From: Thermoplasmata archaeon
GTDB taxonomy: Archaea; Thermoplasmatota; Thermoplasmata; Lutacidiplasmatales; UBA184
DNA length: 64,000 bases
Reading direction: 5' to 3'
Assembly: GCA_021802125.1 (NCBI GenBank)
Contig: JAKAAX010000004.1
Coordinates: 4,560 to 68,559 of the forward strand
Shown: positions 9,385-19,538 of the stretch, in pieces
Layout: each line of letters opens with the position of its first letter
How positions within the stretch are numbered: the first letter of the stretch is position 1
Notes under the pieces: model-generated
The model's database searches: none
Seen by the model: the letters and a program-made list of their open reading frames with translations, nothing else
Told to the model about the DNA's origin: nothing
Program-made: the position numbers and the translations under genes

Positions 9385-11544
9385 TCACCATAGCTGGACC
9401 TCTGGGGACGGAGGAGGGACCTCGGCAGGTCCTTCGAAGGGCGGGTCCTCAGGTTTCGGCGGAGGGCCCTTCACCATCTGACTTCGTCGACGTCGAAGGA
9501 GCACGGTCGCCGCGGCCAAGAGCAGGAGGGTGACCACGCCCACGACAAGCAGGAGGATGAACGGCCACGTCGGCGGGCCCGTGATGGGAGGAGGAGGAAG
9601 AGCGGAGAAGCTGGCGGAGAGCGTCCCGTTCCCCGAGACCGAGACCGTGGCGTTCAACCCGTTCACCGACTCCAGCACCAACCCACCGGAGACCGACCAG
9701 CCCAGGAAATTGCGTCCGGCGCAGAGCGACACCGTCGCGGGGTAGGTGCCGATGGGAACCGCCACGCTCGGGGACGGGCTGTAGGGAGGCTGCGAATCGA
9801 AGGGACTCCCGTTGAAGGTGACCGGTCCACAGGACGCGGGCACGACCACGAGCGTGACCAGCGGGTAGTCCTCGAAGATGGCCAGCAGGGTCCCGTTGGC
9901 CGAGACCGTAACCGTTGTTGGACTGCTCGCGATCGGGGAGACGCTCACCCCGCTCGCCCCTGACCAGCCGGCAAAGATGTGCGCTTGGCACGCGCGGATC
10001 CCGGCGGTGTAGGCCCCTGGGACCCAGGGGTTCATGTCGTACCCGTTCGAGGCCTCGAGCGTGCCATCGAAAGTGATCGGCCCACAACTGCCGGGCCGAA
10101 CGAGGAACTGGACGATGGGGTACGGGGAGAACGCCACCTCGAGCGAGGCGCTCCCGCCGACCGTCACTCCACCCGCTCCCAAGGACGCAGCTCCCGTGGC
10201 CGTGATCTGCCCCAGCGCCCAGCCGGGCGCAGGTTGGGCGGAGAGCGGGAGCGTCCAGCCCTCGAAGAACCATCCCGTCGCTCCGGACCCGAACACTCCC
10301 CCGCTCTGGGAGCCGCCCAGACGTGGCGGTGCGTTGACCGCGAGAACCCCGTGCCCGGCGGTGACCACGACCTGCACGGGCCAGGCCGGGAACCCGTAGG
10401 TCTCTCCGCAGTACGTCGCCGCACCCCGACAGCCGGGGTCCGTCAGGACCGCGAAGCCGTCGACGGGGTCATCCGCGAGGGGGCCCTCCATCCCCGGCAG
10501 GGTCGAGGGGAACGCTCCCAGAGCGGGGTCGGTCAGGTTCTTCCAGGCCCCGCTAGAGTACGTCCACGTCTCGTTGAGGTCGCTTCGACCGAGCGAATCG
10601 GTGGGCCGGCCGTAGACCATGACCACTGCCCGGAGGCTCGAGACGTAGGCGAGGTCCACGTCCTGCCGAGGGGTCGGGGCGTAGGTCAGGTTGAGCGAGC
10701 TCCAGGTCCCGTTCCGGAAGGTCCAGGTGGTGGACTGGCGACCGGCAGAGTCGTTCCAGAACCCGAAGAAGACCACGTAGCCGTCGCTGACGTCGTAGGT
10801 GAGCTCGACGTCGGCGTTCGGGCTCGGGATGACCTTCGAGGGCGGCAGCGGCGTCCACGTTCCCCCGCGATAGGTCCAGGTGGTCGTCCACGGTGAGGAA
10901 TAGGTCTGGAAACCTCCGTACATCACGATGTATCCGTCCGCGGCGTCGTAGGTCATCCCCGCGTCCGTCGCCGGTGGGGGTGTTGCCTTGAGGGTCGGGG
11001 TCAGGTTCGTCCAGGTGCCGTGCGAGAACTTCCACGTGTCCCCCAGGACGACCGAGCCCGACTCCCCTCCGAAGAGGAGCACGTAGCCATCGGCGGCGTC
11101 GAACGCCATCGCGGTTTCTTGTCGAGGCGACGGAGCCGTGCTCGTCACGAGGCTGGTCCACGTACCCGCGCGGTACGTCCAGGTGGTGCCGGTCTCGTCG
11201 AAGAGAACTTCGTAGCCATCCGCGGCGTCCCACGCCATCGCTCCCGTGAGACCCCCGGGTCCGGAATCGTTGTTCGCGAGCTCGACGGGGGTCCACGCCG
11301 GCGAGGCGAGCGCCGCAGAAGCCGGTCGGTCGAGCTCCGCCGGGAGACTCGCGGTCCGGATTCCCGCGGGGAGCGCCCTGCTGCTCCGTTCTACGGAGAC
11401 GGTCGGGACGGACTGGCCCGCGGGATGCGAGGCCGCCACCAGGTCATTGTTCGAGGAGAACAGGAGTAGAAGGAGGATCAGCAGCGCCGTCACTGAGACC
11501 GGTCCCACGTCGCGCGTTACGGTTCCGCGGGCGACCGTGGACAT
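9385..11544 (-). CDS. Kelch-repeat (beta-propeller) cell-surface glycoprotein with C-terminal TM anchor
   Basis: 719 aa. N-terminal hydrophobic signal. Six or more repeats of the DGY(V/I)(V/L)(L/F)FGG...DTWT(Y/F)..GTW(T/S)NLT type. Beta-sandwich-like Cys-containing region. C-terminal TM (FILLLVVGVVTLLLLAAATVLL) followed by RRRR and a Pro-rich tail. More than 10 N-glycosylation sequons. Confidence 0.75.
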   Translation of the reverse strand: MSTVARGTVTRDVGPVSVTALLILLLLLFSSNNDLVAASHPAGQSVPTVSVERSSRALPAGIRTASLPAELDRPASAALASPAWTPVELANNDSGPGGLTGAMAWDAADGYEVLFDETGTTWTYRAGTWTSLVTSTAPSPRQETAMAFDAADGYVLLFGGESGSVVLGDTWKFSHGTWTNLTPTLKATPPPATDAGMTYDAADGYIVMYGGFQTYSSPWTTTWTYRGGTWTPLPPSKVIPSPNADVELTYDVSDGYVVFFGFWNDSAGRQSTTWTFRNGTWSSLNLTYAPTPRQDVDLAYVSSLRAVVMVYGRPTDSLGRSDLNETWTYSSGAWKNLTDPALGAFPSTLPGMEGPLADDPVDGFAVLTDPGCRGAATYCGETYGFPAWPVQVVVTAGHGVLAVNAPPRLGGSQSGGVFGSGATGWFFEGWTLPLSAQPAPGWALGQITATGAASLGAGGVTVGGSASLEVAFSPYPIVQFLVRPGSCGPITFDGTLEASNGYDMNPWVPGAYTAGIRACQAHIFAGWSGASGVSVSPIASSPTTVTVSANGTLLAIFEDYPLVTLVVVPASCGPVTFNGSPFDSQPPYSPSPSVAVPIGTYPATVSLCAGRNFLGWSVSGGLVLESVNGLNATVSVSGNGTLSASFSALPPPPITGPPTWPFILLLVVGVVTLLLLAAATVLLRRRRSQMVKGPPPKPEDPPFEGPAEVPPPSPEVQLW

Positions 11545-11608
11545 GAGTTGACACTAGGCCGCCACCCTGGCTTAACCCTCGTGCCGCCGCTCGCGCGGGC
11601 CAGCCGGG

Positions 11609-12514
11609 TCAGAGGGCGATCTTCCCGTTCTTGAAGAGGGTCTTGAGATTGTCCTCGGCCGTGCGCGAGATGATCTCCTCGTTCCGGGTCATCTGACGGA
11701 CGGAACGGTTGTGCTCATCGAGGAGCTTCCTCGCCTCGTTCTTCCGGTCCCTCGACTGGTGGAGCAGTCCCATGACGCCCTTCTCGAGGTCGCGGATCTC
11801 GTCGCTGACCTTGTCGACCTTGCTGATGAGCTCGGCCCGAGCTTTCCCCTTCGCCCGGATCTCCGCGACCAGGTGACCGACCTCGGTGAGTCGGCTCTTC
11901 ACCAGGCCCATGACCTCGTCGCGGCGACGGAAGAGCTTCTCGACCTCGACCGAGATCTCCTCGTCGCGCTTCCGGGCGGCGTCCATCTCCTCCCGGAGGC
12001 TGTGGATGGTCTCGTCCTTGGCCTTCCACATGGTCTGGTTCTTCTCCGCCTCTCCGAGCTGGGCCCGCAGGGCACGGATGTGGTCGATGAGCGCGTTCTC
12101 CTCCTTCAGAGGCATCGCGGTCGTCTGCTGCTTCTTCTCCAGCGCCGCGATCTCCTGGACCAGCCGGTCGGGACGGGGGCGACCCTTGCGGTCGTGCCCA
12201 TCGCCCTCCTCGCGCAGCTCGATGCGCAGCGCGTCCATCCGGCCCCGGAGCTTCTCTCGCTCCGAGCGCAGCTCTCCCGCCTTCTTCCCGAGCTCGCGGA
12301 ACTCCTGATGGAGCACCTCGACCTCCTGATGCAGGGGTGCGCGCCGGTTCTGCAGGTCGAAGGCTTCCTCGGCCAGACGGCGGGCGAGGGCCAGCATCTC
12401 CGCACGTCGCTCCTTCATCCCTCGGAGCTTGTACTCGCCCGAGCGGATGTTCTGCCAGAGCTCCTTCTCTTGCCCTTCCTCCTCCTCGGAGAGAAGACCG
12501 CCTCGAGATGGCAC
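11609..12514 (-). CDS. Archaeal coiled-coil protein (COG1340-like), hypothetical
   Basis: 301 aa, almost entirely heptad-type E/K/R/L-rich coiled coil. The size and composition are typical of the conserved archaeal coiled-coil family. Confidence 0.55.
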   Translation of the reverse strand: MPSRGGLLSEEEEGQEKELWQNIRSGEYKLRGMKERRAEMLALARRLAEEAFDLQNRRAPLHQEVEVLHQEFRELGKKAGELRSEREKLRGRMDALRIELREEGDGHDRKGRPRPDRLVQEIAALEKKQQTTAMPLKEENALIDHIRALRAQLGEAEKNQTMWKAKDETIHSLREEMDAARKRDEEISVEVEKLFRRRDEVMGLVKSRLTEVGHLVAEIRAKGKARAELISKVDKVSDEIRDLEKGVMGLLHQSRDRKNEARKLLDEHNRSVRQMTRNEEIISRTAEDNLKTLFKNGKIAL

Positions 12515-12546
12515 GAGAGGTCCAGCCCCTCACCCCGTTAATACGG

Positions 12547-13425
12547 TTACCTACTCTTGGCGGAACGAGGGGGTCTCTTACGGCGGTGGGGCGCCCCTGA
12601 GGCACGTCCGGCAAGCTGCAATATCTGGGTGGCGACGAGGGCCGCCGGGACCCCTCCATCGATGTTGACCACCGCCAGGGGCGCGCATGACTGCAGCATG
12701 GACGTGAGCGCCCCCTCGCCGGCTCCTCCCCGGCCGTAGCCCTGGGAGGTCGGGACCCCGATCACCGGACGGTCGACGAGACCCGCGACCACTGTGGCCA
12801 GGGCGCCCTCGCGACCGGCGCAAACGATGTAGACCGAGGGTCGCGCAGCGGCCAACCGGGGCAGCTCGCGGAGCAGGCGATGGATCCCCGCCACGCCCAC
12901 GTCGTGTGACGTGATCACCTCGGATCCCAGCGCCTCAAGGACCAAGCGCACCTCTTCCGCGACGTGGGCGTCCGCGGTCCCTGCGCTGATGAGGGCCGCC
13001 CGGCGACCTGCGAGCGACCGCTCGATGCTGTCCCGGTTGAGCAGGGCGAGTCGGGGCCCCGTGTGGATCTCGAGGTCCCAGCCCTCGAGCCGGTGCCTTT
13101 GGAGCGAACGGAGCTGCGGCCGGGTCAGCCTGGAGATGATGACGCCCGCCCCGGAGCGACGCAGCTCGACGAGAAGCTCCTCGAAGTGTTCGAGCGACTT
13201 CCCCTCCCCCAGCAGGATCTCGGGGAGCCCGGTGCGGGAGGCCCGGGGAAGGTCGAACTTGGCGTGCTTTCCTCCGGGAAGATATCCCTGTTCCAGAAGG
13301 CGCGCAGCCTTGGCGATGGAGAGATCCCCGCTTCGGACCGCCCTCAGGATGTGTTTCACCACGGCCGCGCTCTCGACCCGTGGCCGCAGGAGGGCTTGAT
13401 GCGGCCGTCGGACCGAACCCGTCAA
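12547..13425 (-). CDS. larB: PurE-related protein, LarB-like (COG1691; nickel-pincer cofactor biosynthesis carboxylase/hydrolase family)
   Basis: Track ORF has a TTG start at 13425. The true start is probably a GTG near 13350. PurE-like C-terminal domain ([55 protein letters not shown]) after an N-terminal extension. No larA/larC/larE nearby. Confidence 0.65.
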   Translation of the reverse strand: MTGSVRRPHQALLRPRVESAAVVKHILRAVRSGDLSIAKAARLLEQGYLPGGKHAKFDLPRASRTGLPEILLGEGKSLEHFEELLVELRRSGAGVIISRLTRPQLRSLQRHRLEGWDLEIHTGPRLALLNRDSIERSLAGRRAALISAGTADAHVAEEVRLVLEALGSEVITSHDVGVAGIHRLLRELPRLAAARPSVYIVCAGREGALATVVAGLVDRPVIGVPTSQGYGRGGAGEGALTSMLQSCAPLAVVNIDGGVPAALVATQILQLAGRASGAPHRRKRPPRSAKSR

Positions 13426-13434
13426 CCGGGAGCG

Positions 13435-13443
13435 TTCAAATAG
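13435..13443 (+). promoter_or_regulatory. TATA-like element TTCAAATAG upstream of the acyl-CoA dehydrogenase gene
   Basis: About 30 nt upstream of the ATG at 13473. The same motif recurs upstream of other genes (21280, 30650, 45206 reverse complement). Confidence 0.35.
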
Positions 13444-13472
13444 ACCTCCCTCCTCGGTCGGCCGCCAGTCCT

Positions 13473-14624
13473 ATGCCGATAGGTTTCGAACTCACCCCGG
13501 ATCAGAAGGAGCTCCAGACCCTCGCCTCCAAGTTCGCCCGCGAGGAGATGGCTCCCCGGGCGTCGGAGTGCGACAAGAAGGCCCTCTTCCCGGAGGACAT
13601 CTATCGCCGGGCGTTCGATCTCGGCCTCATGAACCTCAACGTTCCGACCGAGTACGGCGGGAGCGGGCTCGCGCTCCTAGACCAGTGCATCATCACCGAG
13701 GAACTGGCCTCCGCCTGCGGTGGGATGACCACCTCGATCCTCGCGAACTGCCTCGCGATCCAGCCGATCAACCTGGGGGGAAGCCCGGAACAGAAGGAAC
13801 GGCTGCTCAAGCCCTTCTGTTCGTCCTACCACCTCGCGTCGTTCGGGCTCACCGAACCTTCCGGTGGGAGCGACGCGGCGGCGCTGAAGACCCGGGCGGA
13901 GCGCCGGGGCAACCACTACGTCCTGAACGGCCAGAAGTGCTTCATCACCAACGCTCCGCAAGCGTCGCTGTTCACGATCTTCGCCACCATCGACCCCGCC
14001 AAGCGCGACAAGGGGATCTGCGCCTTCGTCGTGCCGCGCGACACTCCGGGCCTCTCCATCGGTAAGGAGGAGGACAAGATGGGGCAGCGCGCCTCCTCCA
14101 CGGCCACCGTCATCATGGAGGACGTCAAGGTCCCTCTGGAGAACATGCTCGGTAAGGAGGGCGAGGGGTTCAGGATCGCGATGCAGACGCTGGACTCGAC
14201 GCGCACGCCCATCGGCGCGCTGGCCGTCGGGATCGCCCGCGCGGCTCTGGAGCAGGCGTCCAAGTATTCGCTCCAGCGCACGTCCTTCGGCAAGAAGATC
14301 GCGGAACACCAATCCATCGCCGCGAAGATCGCGAACATGACCATCGAGCTGGACGCCTCCCGTCTGCTCACCTGGAGAGCGGCGTGGCTCGTCGACCAGG
14401 GTCACCGCGCCTCGCTCGAGAGCTCCATCGCGAAGTGCTTCTCCTCTGACGCCGCGATGCGGATCTGCGACGAAGCCATCCAGATCTTCGGCGGCTACGG
14501 GTACATGCGGGACTACCCCGTCGAGAAGTACCTTCGCGACGCCAAGCTCTGCCAGATCTACGAGGGCGCGAACGAGATCCAGCGCCAGGTCATCGCGCGC
14601 GAGTTCCTCAAGCGATTCGCTTGA
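13473..14624 (+). CDS. Acyl-CoA dehydrogenase
   Basis: 383 aa from the ATG at 13473 (track ORF starts at 13380). Full-length ACAD family match, with C-terminal [15 protein letters not shown]. Confidence 0.9.
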   Translation: MPIGFELTPDQKELQTLASKFAREEMAPRASECDKKALFPEDIYRRAFDLGLMNLNVPTEYGGSGLALLDQCIITEELASACGGMTTSILANCLAIQPINLGGSPEQKERLLKPFCSSYHLASFGLTEPSGGSDAAALKTRAERRGNHYVLNGQKCFITNAPQASLFTIFATIDPAKRDKGICAFVVPRDTPGLSIGKEEDKMGQRASSTATVIMEDVKVPLENMLGKEGEGFRIAMQTLDSTRTPIGALAVGIARAALEQASKYSLQRTSFGKKIAEHQSIAAKIANMTIELDASRLLTWRAAWLVDQGHRASLESSIAKCFSSDAAMRICDEAIQIFGGYGYMRDYPVEKYLRDAKLCQIYEGANEIQRQVIAREFLKRFA

Positions 14625-14639
14625 ACGGGGGGGCCGAGG

Positions 14640-15440
14640 GTGGACGTCATCGTCTGCGTCAAGCACGTTCCTGACGCCGAGACCCGTCTCCGCGCGGCGT
14701 CGAGCGGGAAGTGGATCGACCCGGACGGGGTCAAGTTCACGGTCAACAACACGTACGACGAGGCGGCCGCCGAGGAAGCTCTCCGCCTGAAGGAGAAGTG
14801 CGGGGCCAAGTCGGTGCGCGTCATCACCGTCGGTCCCGCTCGCGCGGAGGAAGCGCTCCGCTACGTGCTTTCGATGGGCGCGGACGAGGCGACCCACATC
14901 GAGACCCCTCCGGACGCCCAGTTGGACCCGCTCACGATCTCCCGGCTTCTGGCCGGCGTCATCAAGACCCTGCCGCACGACATCGTCATGGTCGGGAAGC
15001 AGGCCGCGGACGACGAGGCCGGTGTCGTCGGCAGCGCACTCGGCGCCCTCCTGGGGCTCCCGAGCTACGCTTTCGTGACCGAGCTCAACCCCGACGCCAC
15101 GACCAAGACGCTGAAGATGCGTCGGTACGTCGAGGGGGGCGAAGAGCACTTCAATGGCCCCTTCCCGGCGGTAGTCTCTCTGCTGAAGGGAGCGGCCGAT
15201 CCGCGCACTCCAACGCTTCCCAACATCCTGAAGGCGAGGAAGAAGCCCCTGACGAAGGTGCCGCTCGCTGACGCCCAGGCGAAGGCCCAAGCGTTGCCCG
15301 GGGCCCCTGTGGCCGGTACGGTCCGTTCCTTCGTGCTCCCCCCGCCGAAGACGGGGGCCAAGATGGTCGAGTTCCAGACCCCGGAAGAGGCCGCGGAGAA
15401 GCTCGTGAAACTGCTCCGCGAGGAGGCGAAGGTCCTCTGA
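14640..15440 (+). CDS. etfB: Electron transfer flavoprotein beta subunit (EtfB/FixA)
   Basis: 266 aa, GTG start. MDVIVCVKHVPD...VITVGP...LPSYAFV...KARKKP matches ETF beta. Confidence 0.9.
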   Translation: MDVIVCVKHVPDAETRLRAASSGKWIDPDGVKFTVNNTYDEAAAEEALRLKEKCGAKSVRVITVGPARAEEALRYVLSMGADEATHIETPPDAQLDPLTISRLLAGVIKTLPHDIVMVGKQAADDEAGVVGSALGALLGLPSYAFVTELNPDATTKTLKMRRYVEGGEEHFNGPFPAVVSLLKGAADPRTPTLPNILKARKKPLTKVPLADAQAKAQALPGAPVAGTVRSFVLPPPKTGAKMVEFQTPEEAAEKLVKLLREEAKVL

Positions 15441-15505
15441 CGCTCAATCTTCTCGTCCTGACGGACCAGCGCGATGGCTCGCTCAAGGTCTCCTCCTTCG
15501 AGGCG

Positions 15506-16438
15506 GTGTCCGAGGCCCGGCGACTCTCCGCGAAGGCTGGCGGAGGGCAGGTCGTGGTAGGGCTTCTAGGGAGTGGGCTCTCTGCCGCCGCCGAGGCCGT
15601 CCGTGCCTACGGACCGGACCGGGTCCTCGTCGCCGACGATCCCCGCCTGAAGGCCTTCTCGGCGCAGGGCTATTCGGCGGTCGCCGCCAAGATGCTCTCA
15701 TCGCTTCCCGAGCCCCGTGCGGTCCTCGCTCCCGCGACGGCCATGGGCCGTGAATTGCTGCCTCGGCTTGCGATCGAGGTCGGAGGCACCGTCGCACCGG
15801 ACGCGACCGACGTCGTTCCACGCGAGGGGGGCGGTCTCGTGGTCACGCGACCCGTCTTCGGGGGTCGCGCCACCCTCGTCGTCGAGCTTCCCACAATACC
15901 CTGCGTATCGCTCCGACCCAACGCCTTCGCCGCCGAGAAGAGTCCCGGGGCGTCGACCAAGACCGAGCCTTTCCCTGTGGGCGACCTTCCGGCCACGGCG
16001 ACGTCCGTGGTGGTCGAGAAGACCGTCGTGACCCGCGGGGACACCCCTGAGCTTACGGAGGCGCCGATCATCGTCTCGGGCGGCCGGGGGATGAAGGGAC
16101 CGGAGAACTTCGCCCTGGTCGAGAAGCTCGCGAGGGTCCTGGGCGCCGGTGTGGGGGCCTCGCGCGCGGTCGTTGACGCGGGCTGGCGTCCGGCGTCGGA
16201 ACAGGTCGGACAGACCGGGAAGACCGTCTCCCCGAACCTCTACGTCGCCTGCGGGATCTCCGGGGCGATCCAGCACCTCGTGGGCATGTCGAGCTCGCGG
16301 TGCATCGTCGCCATCAACAAGGACCCGGCAGCTCCCATCTTCAAGGTGGCCAACTACGGGGTCGTCGGGGACGCCCTCACCATCCTGCCCGCGCTCACCG
16401 CGACCATTGCGCGATCGAAGGGTCTCCCGAATCCCTGA
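15506..16438 (+). CDS. etfA: Electron transfer flavoprotein alpha subunit (EtfA/FixB)
   Basis: ETF alpha FAD-binding C-terminus ([21 protein letters not shown]). The first canonical start is the GTG at 15506. However, the in-frame upstream peptide [24 protein letters not shown] (from 15437) matches the conserved EtfA N-terminal strand. The real start is probably a non-canonical codon, CTG at 15437 overlapping the etfB stop. Confidence 0.85.
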   Translation: MSEARRLSAKAGGGQVVVGLLGSGLSAAAEAVRAYGPDRVLVADDPRLKAFSAQGYSAVAAKMLSSLPEPRAVLAPATAMGRELLPRLAIEVGGTVAPDATDVVPREGGGLVVTRPVFGGRATLVVELPTIPCVSLRPNAFAAEKSPGASTKTEPFPVGDLPATATSVVVEKTVVTRGDTPELTEAPIIVSGGRGMKGPENFALVEKLARVLGAGVGASRAVVDAGWRPASEQVGQTGKTVSPNLYVACGISGAIQHLVGMSSSRCIVAINKDPAAPIFKVANYGVVGDALTILPALTATIARSKGLPNP

Positions 16439-16550
16439 ACCTTAGCCCCGGCGCGCGTCGCGGGCCCCTCGGCACTCCAACGACCGTCCTCTCGGCTACC
16501 GGTCGTCTGCGGACAAGCCTCTTAGGTGAGGTCGGACCTAGCGTCCTCGC

Positions 16551-18098
16551 GTGTCGCCCGCGGTCACCCCGGCCCCACTTGTTCCCGGAACGGACGGCGA
16601 GTACTCCCTGGCACGCCCGGCGGATGCGCTCGAGTCCGCCCTGTTGCTCACGCACCGTTTCGGACGGGAGGACGTTCGAGAGGCCGTCATCGCCCAGATC
16701 GCTGCGGGTTGGGTCCTTCTTGGAGACGGGGACAAGGCCCTTCCCCTGGCCGACCGCATCCCTCCCGGGCAGGACCCCTTCGGGAACTCCGCGTGGGGCG
16801 CTCTCCATCGCATCTGCGCCGCCCAGGTGCACGCGGCCGTAGGGGCGGTGGACACCGCTCTCAAGGAGATGGAGGAAGGGCTCAACCGGCTCAAGCAGGT
16901 CGCGCCGAACGAGCGGGTGCACGTCATCCTGGAGGTCGCCGAGGCGATCCGGGCCGCCCACGAGATGACCGGCGACCCCCGTTTCGCGGCGTTCCCGGCT
17001 CGCCTGAGGGAGCTCTTCCATGGCGCAGAGGAACGGGCCGCATCGGACCGCGCGGCCGTGCGGGTCCATCTGGCCGTCTTCCGGCCCGAGCCCGCAAGGG
17101 CGATCGTGGAAGCCGGCGTCGAACCTCTGCGTGCTGCTCCCAAGCCCATCGAGGGGGACGTGCCCGCCTACCAGCTCGAGACGTTGGCCGAGTACACCGA
17201 GGAGACGGGGGACCGCTCGCTCCTCGGGGGAGCACTCGAGCTCCTGCCCAAAGTGGGGACGGCCCACCAGCAGTTGAGGGCCAAGGCCTCCCTGGGCCGC
17301 GCGCTTCGCGAGGTGGGCGATCTGCTCGCTGGAGAGCGCCTCCTTCGGGAGGCCCAGGGCGACCTCCCCTCCCTTCCTCCCGGCGAGCGTGTCCTTGGTG
17401 CGGTCCACATCGCGCGGGTGAGCGCCAGGGACGGGCACCTGGCGGGAGCGGACGCCCTGCTCCAGTGGGCGCGTTGGCAGCTGACCCAGATCACGCCCAA
17501 GGAGGACCAACCGATGTATCGACGGCGCCTGGCGAGCGGCTTCGCCCACGTCGGCGCCCACCTGGGAGACCCCGCGCGGATCGAGAACGGGCTCGCGCTT
17601 CTCCGGGGCATACCCCCGGGGCTCGAACAGGACCTGGCGCTGGAGTCGGTGGGGCGTTGCCTCGTCGCGTACGCCACGCTTCAGCCGCGGATGCTGAGGC
17701 GGCTAGACCGTCTGGAAGCTCGCGTGGGAACCTCTCCGCCGTGGGGATTCAAGGGCCTCGTGGCCGAGACCCGGGAAGCCCTCGCCGCGGGGGCCGTCCC
17801 CTCCGCCCGTCAGGCCTACGGACGGGCGCGCAGGGCGGTCTTCCATCACATCCAGGAGGTTCCCGACATGGAGGAGCTCTGGAGGCTGATGAAGCAGCTT
17901 CACGAGTCCTTCACGCACTGGGACCCGAGCTGGGGGAACAAGGGTGACTTCGTCCGTCTCCTGGACGAGGCCCAGGCCGCGCTGAAGGTGCGCGACTGGA
18001 GGACCCTGCGCGACCGTCTTCGGCGGGCCCAACACATGCTCAGTCAGCGACGGGCCGCTACGGCCTCCCCCGCCTCGCCCTCGCAAGAGGGGACCTGA
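16551..18098 (+). CDS. Hypothetical alpha-helical protein (possible TPR/HEAT-like repeats)
   Basis: 515 aa, GTG start. Coding-like composition, no recognisable catalytic motif. Confidence 0.45.
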   Translation: MSPAVTPAPLVPGTDGEYSLARPADALESALLLTHRFGREDVREAVIAQIAAGWVLLGDGDKALPLADRIPPGQDPFGNSAWGALHRICAAQVHAAVGAVDTALKEMEEGLNRLKQVAPNERVHVILEVAEAIRAAHEMTGDPRFAAFPARLRELFHGAEERAASDRAAVRVHLAVFRPEPARAIVEAGVEPLRAAPKPIEGDVPAYQLETLAEYTEETGDRSLLGGALELLPKVGTAHQQLRAKASLGRALREVGDLLAGERLLREAQGDLPSLPPGERVLGAVHIARVSARDGHLAGADALLQWARWQLTQITPKEDQPMYRRRLASGFAHVGAHLGDPARIENGLALLRGIPPGLEQDLALESVGRCLVAYATLQPRMLRRLDRLEARVGTSPPWGFKGLVAETREALAAGAVPSARQAYGRARRAVFHHIQEVPDMEELWRLMKQLHESFTHWDPSWGNKGDFVRLLDEAQAALKVRDWRTLRDRLRRAQHMLSQRRAATASPASPSQEGT

Positions 18099-18152
18099 GC
18101 GGATCTCCGACCAAAGAGGGCGGCGGAAACCGGAGCCCGGTGCGGGCGGGTC

Positions 18153-19481
18153 TCAGACCTCGCGCGCGGAGTCGACCAGGTCCCGCAGGAGCGGCATCCA
18201 GCCCACCTTCGAGGAGATCGCAGTTCGGAGGGCGACGCCGGCCACGGCAGGGTGGCCCGAGGGCCCCGCCGTCATCCAGTCATGGAAGAGCTGGGTGAGC
18301 ATCTCGGGGTACTCGGAGTAGATCCTGGAGTTCCATTTCACACGGTCCATTCCTGCGAACCGCTCGAAGTCCGGCAACACGTGGGCCCGGACGAGCCGGT
18401 CCCCGTAAGCTGAGAGCTTCGAGGAGGAGAAGTCCTTCGAGCTGAGCGCGTCGAGCGCGGTGTCCGCCGCCAGGATCCCGCTGCGTGCCGCGTAGCTCAT
18501 TCCCTGGATCACGATCCCGTTGGAAAAGACGAAACCCGCCGCGTCCCCCGCGACGAGATAGCCGTCCCCCCACAGCCGGTCCGGCCGGGAGGCGTAGCCG
18601 TCTGGGATGAGCTTCGCGCCGTACTCCACGAGCTCGCCTCCTCTCACGAGCGGCTCGATCGCAGGGTGCAGTTTGAACCGCTCGATGATCTCGTGCGAGG
18701 CGACGCCCCGGCCTTTGAGCGAGCCCAGCTGGACGATCATGCCCAGCGACAGGGTGTCCCGGTTCGTGTAGAGGAACCCGCCCGCCATGATCCCTGGAGG
18801 CAGGAATCCGAGGACCCACTCCTGGGCCCGGCCTTCCGTGCCCTGCACCCCGAAACGGTCCTCGATGACGCTCGGGTCGAGCTTGTACACCTCCTTCACG
18901 CCGACCTCCGTGTGGTCCTCCGGAAGGCGCTGCTGGCCCTGGTTGGCGCGCGGCGGGTTCCCGCGACGGATCTCGGTGCCGAGGGTCGTCCGGGAGTTGT
19001 AGCCGTCCGTGACGATGGTGACCGGGGCGGTCATCACCTCCCCGCTCTGCACCACTCCGCGAACCTTGCCGTTCTCGACATGCAGCTTGTCCACCGGGAC
19101 CGCGCTCACCAGCGTCGCTCCGGCCTCCTCGGCCTTCTTGGCCAGCCAGGCGTCGGTCCTCGCCCGCAGCACGGAGTGCGCGTTGTAGGGCGGACGGGAC
19201 CAGCTCTCGTCGCGGTACTCGAAGCTGAGCGCCTTATCGTTGGTCAGGAACCCGAACCGCTTCGAGACGATGTGCCGCTCGAGCGGCATCTCCTCCTGCC
19301 ACTTGGGCAGGATGGGGTCTAGGTCGTGGCCCCAGAGTATCCCTCCAGAGAGGTTCTTCACACCCGGTTCCGCGCCACGCTCGAGCAGGAGGGTGTTCGC
19401 CCCCTTCTGGGCGAGCCGGATCGCTGCGGAGCACCCCGCGAAGCCGGCCCCCACGACGATGGCGTCGAAGTCGTCCCCCAT
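18153..19481 (-). CDS. fixC: FAD-dependent oxidoreductase FixC (ETF:quinone oxidoreductase-like; geranylgeranyl-reductase fold)
   Basis: 442 aa. N-terminal dinucleotide-binding motif DAIVVGAGFAGCSAAIRLA. Homology to FixC/EtfD-family proteins. No fixX ferredoxin gene next to it. Confidence 0.85.
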   Translation of the reverse strand: MGDDFDAIVVGAGFAGCSAAIRLAQKGANTLLLERGAEPGVKNLSGGILWGHDLDPILPKWQEEMPLERHIVSKRFGFLTNDKALSFEYRDESWSRPPYNAHSVLRARTDAWLAKKAEEAGATLVSAVPVDKLHVENGKVRGVVQSGEVMTAPVTIVTDGYNSRTTLGTEIRRGNPPRANQGQQRLPEDHTEVGVKEVYKLDPSVIEDRFGVQGTEGRAQEWVLGFLPPGIMAGGFLYTNRDTLSLGMIVQLGSLKGRGVASHEIIERFKLHPAIEPLVRGGELVEYGAKLIPDGYASRPDRLWGDGYLVAGDAAGFVFSNGIVIQGMSYAARSGILAADTALDALSSKDFSSSKLSAYGDRLVRAHVLPDFERFAGMDRVKWNSRIYSEYPEMLTQLFHDWMTAGPSGHPAVAGVALRTAISSKVGWMPLLRDLVDSAREV

Positions 19482-19538
19482 GGCCCGGTGGGCCGAGGTC
19501 TTTCGGGCGATAAAGGGCGCGGGCGAACGTCGCCCCGT

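Noticed and set aside
19482-19538. GGGCGA-ACG-TCGCCC hairpin between the PH-domain gene and fixC as a terminator
   Set aside because: Archaeal terminators are oligo-T tracts. The hairpin is short, has no T-run, and could simply be part of the fixC promoter spacer.
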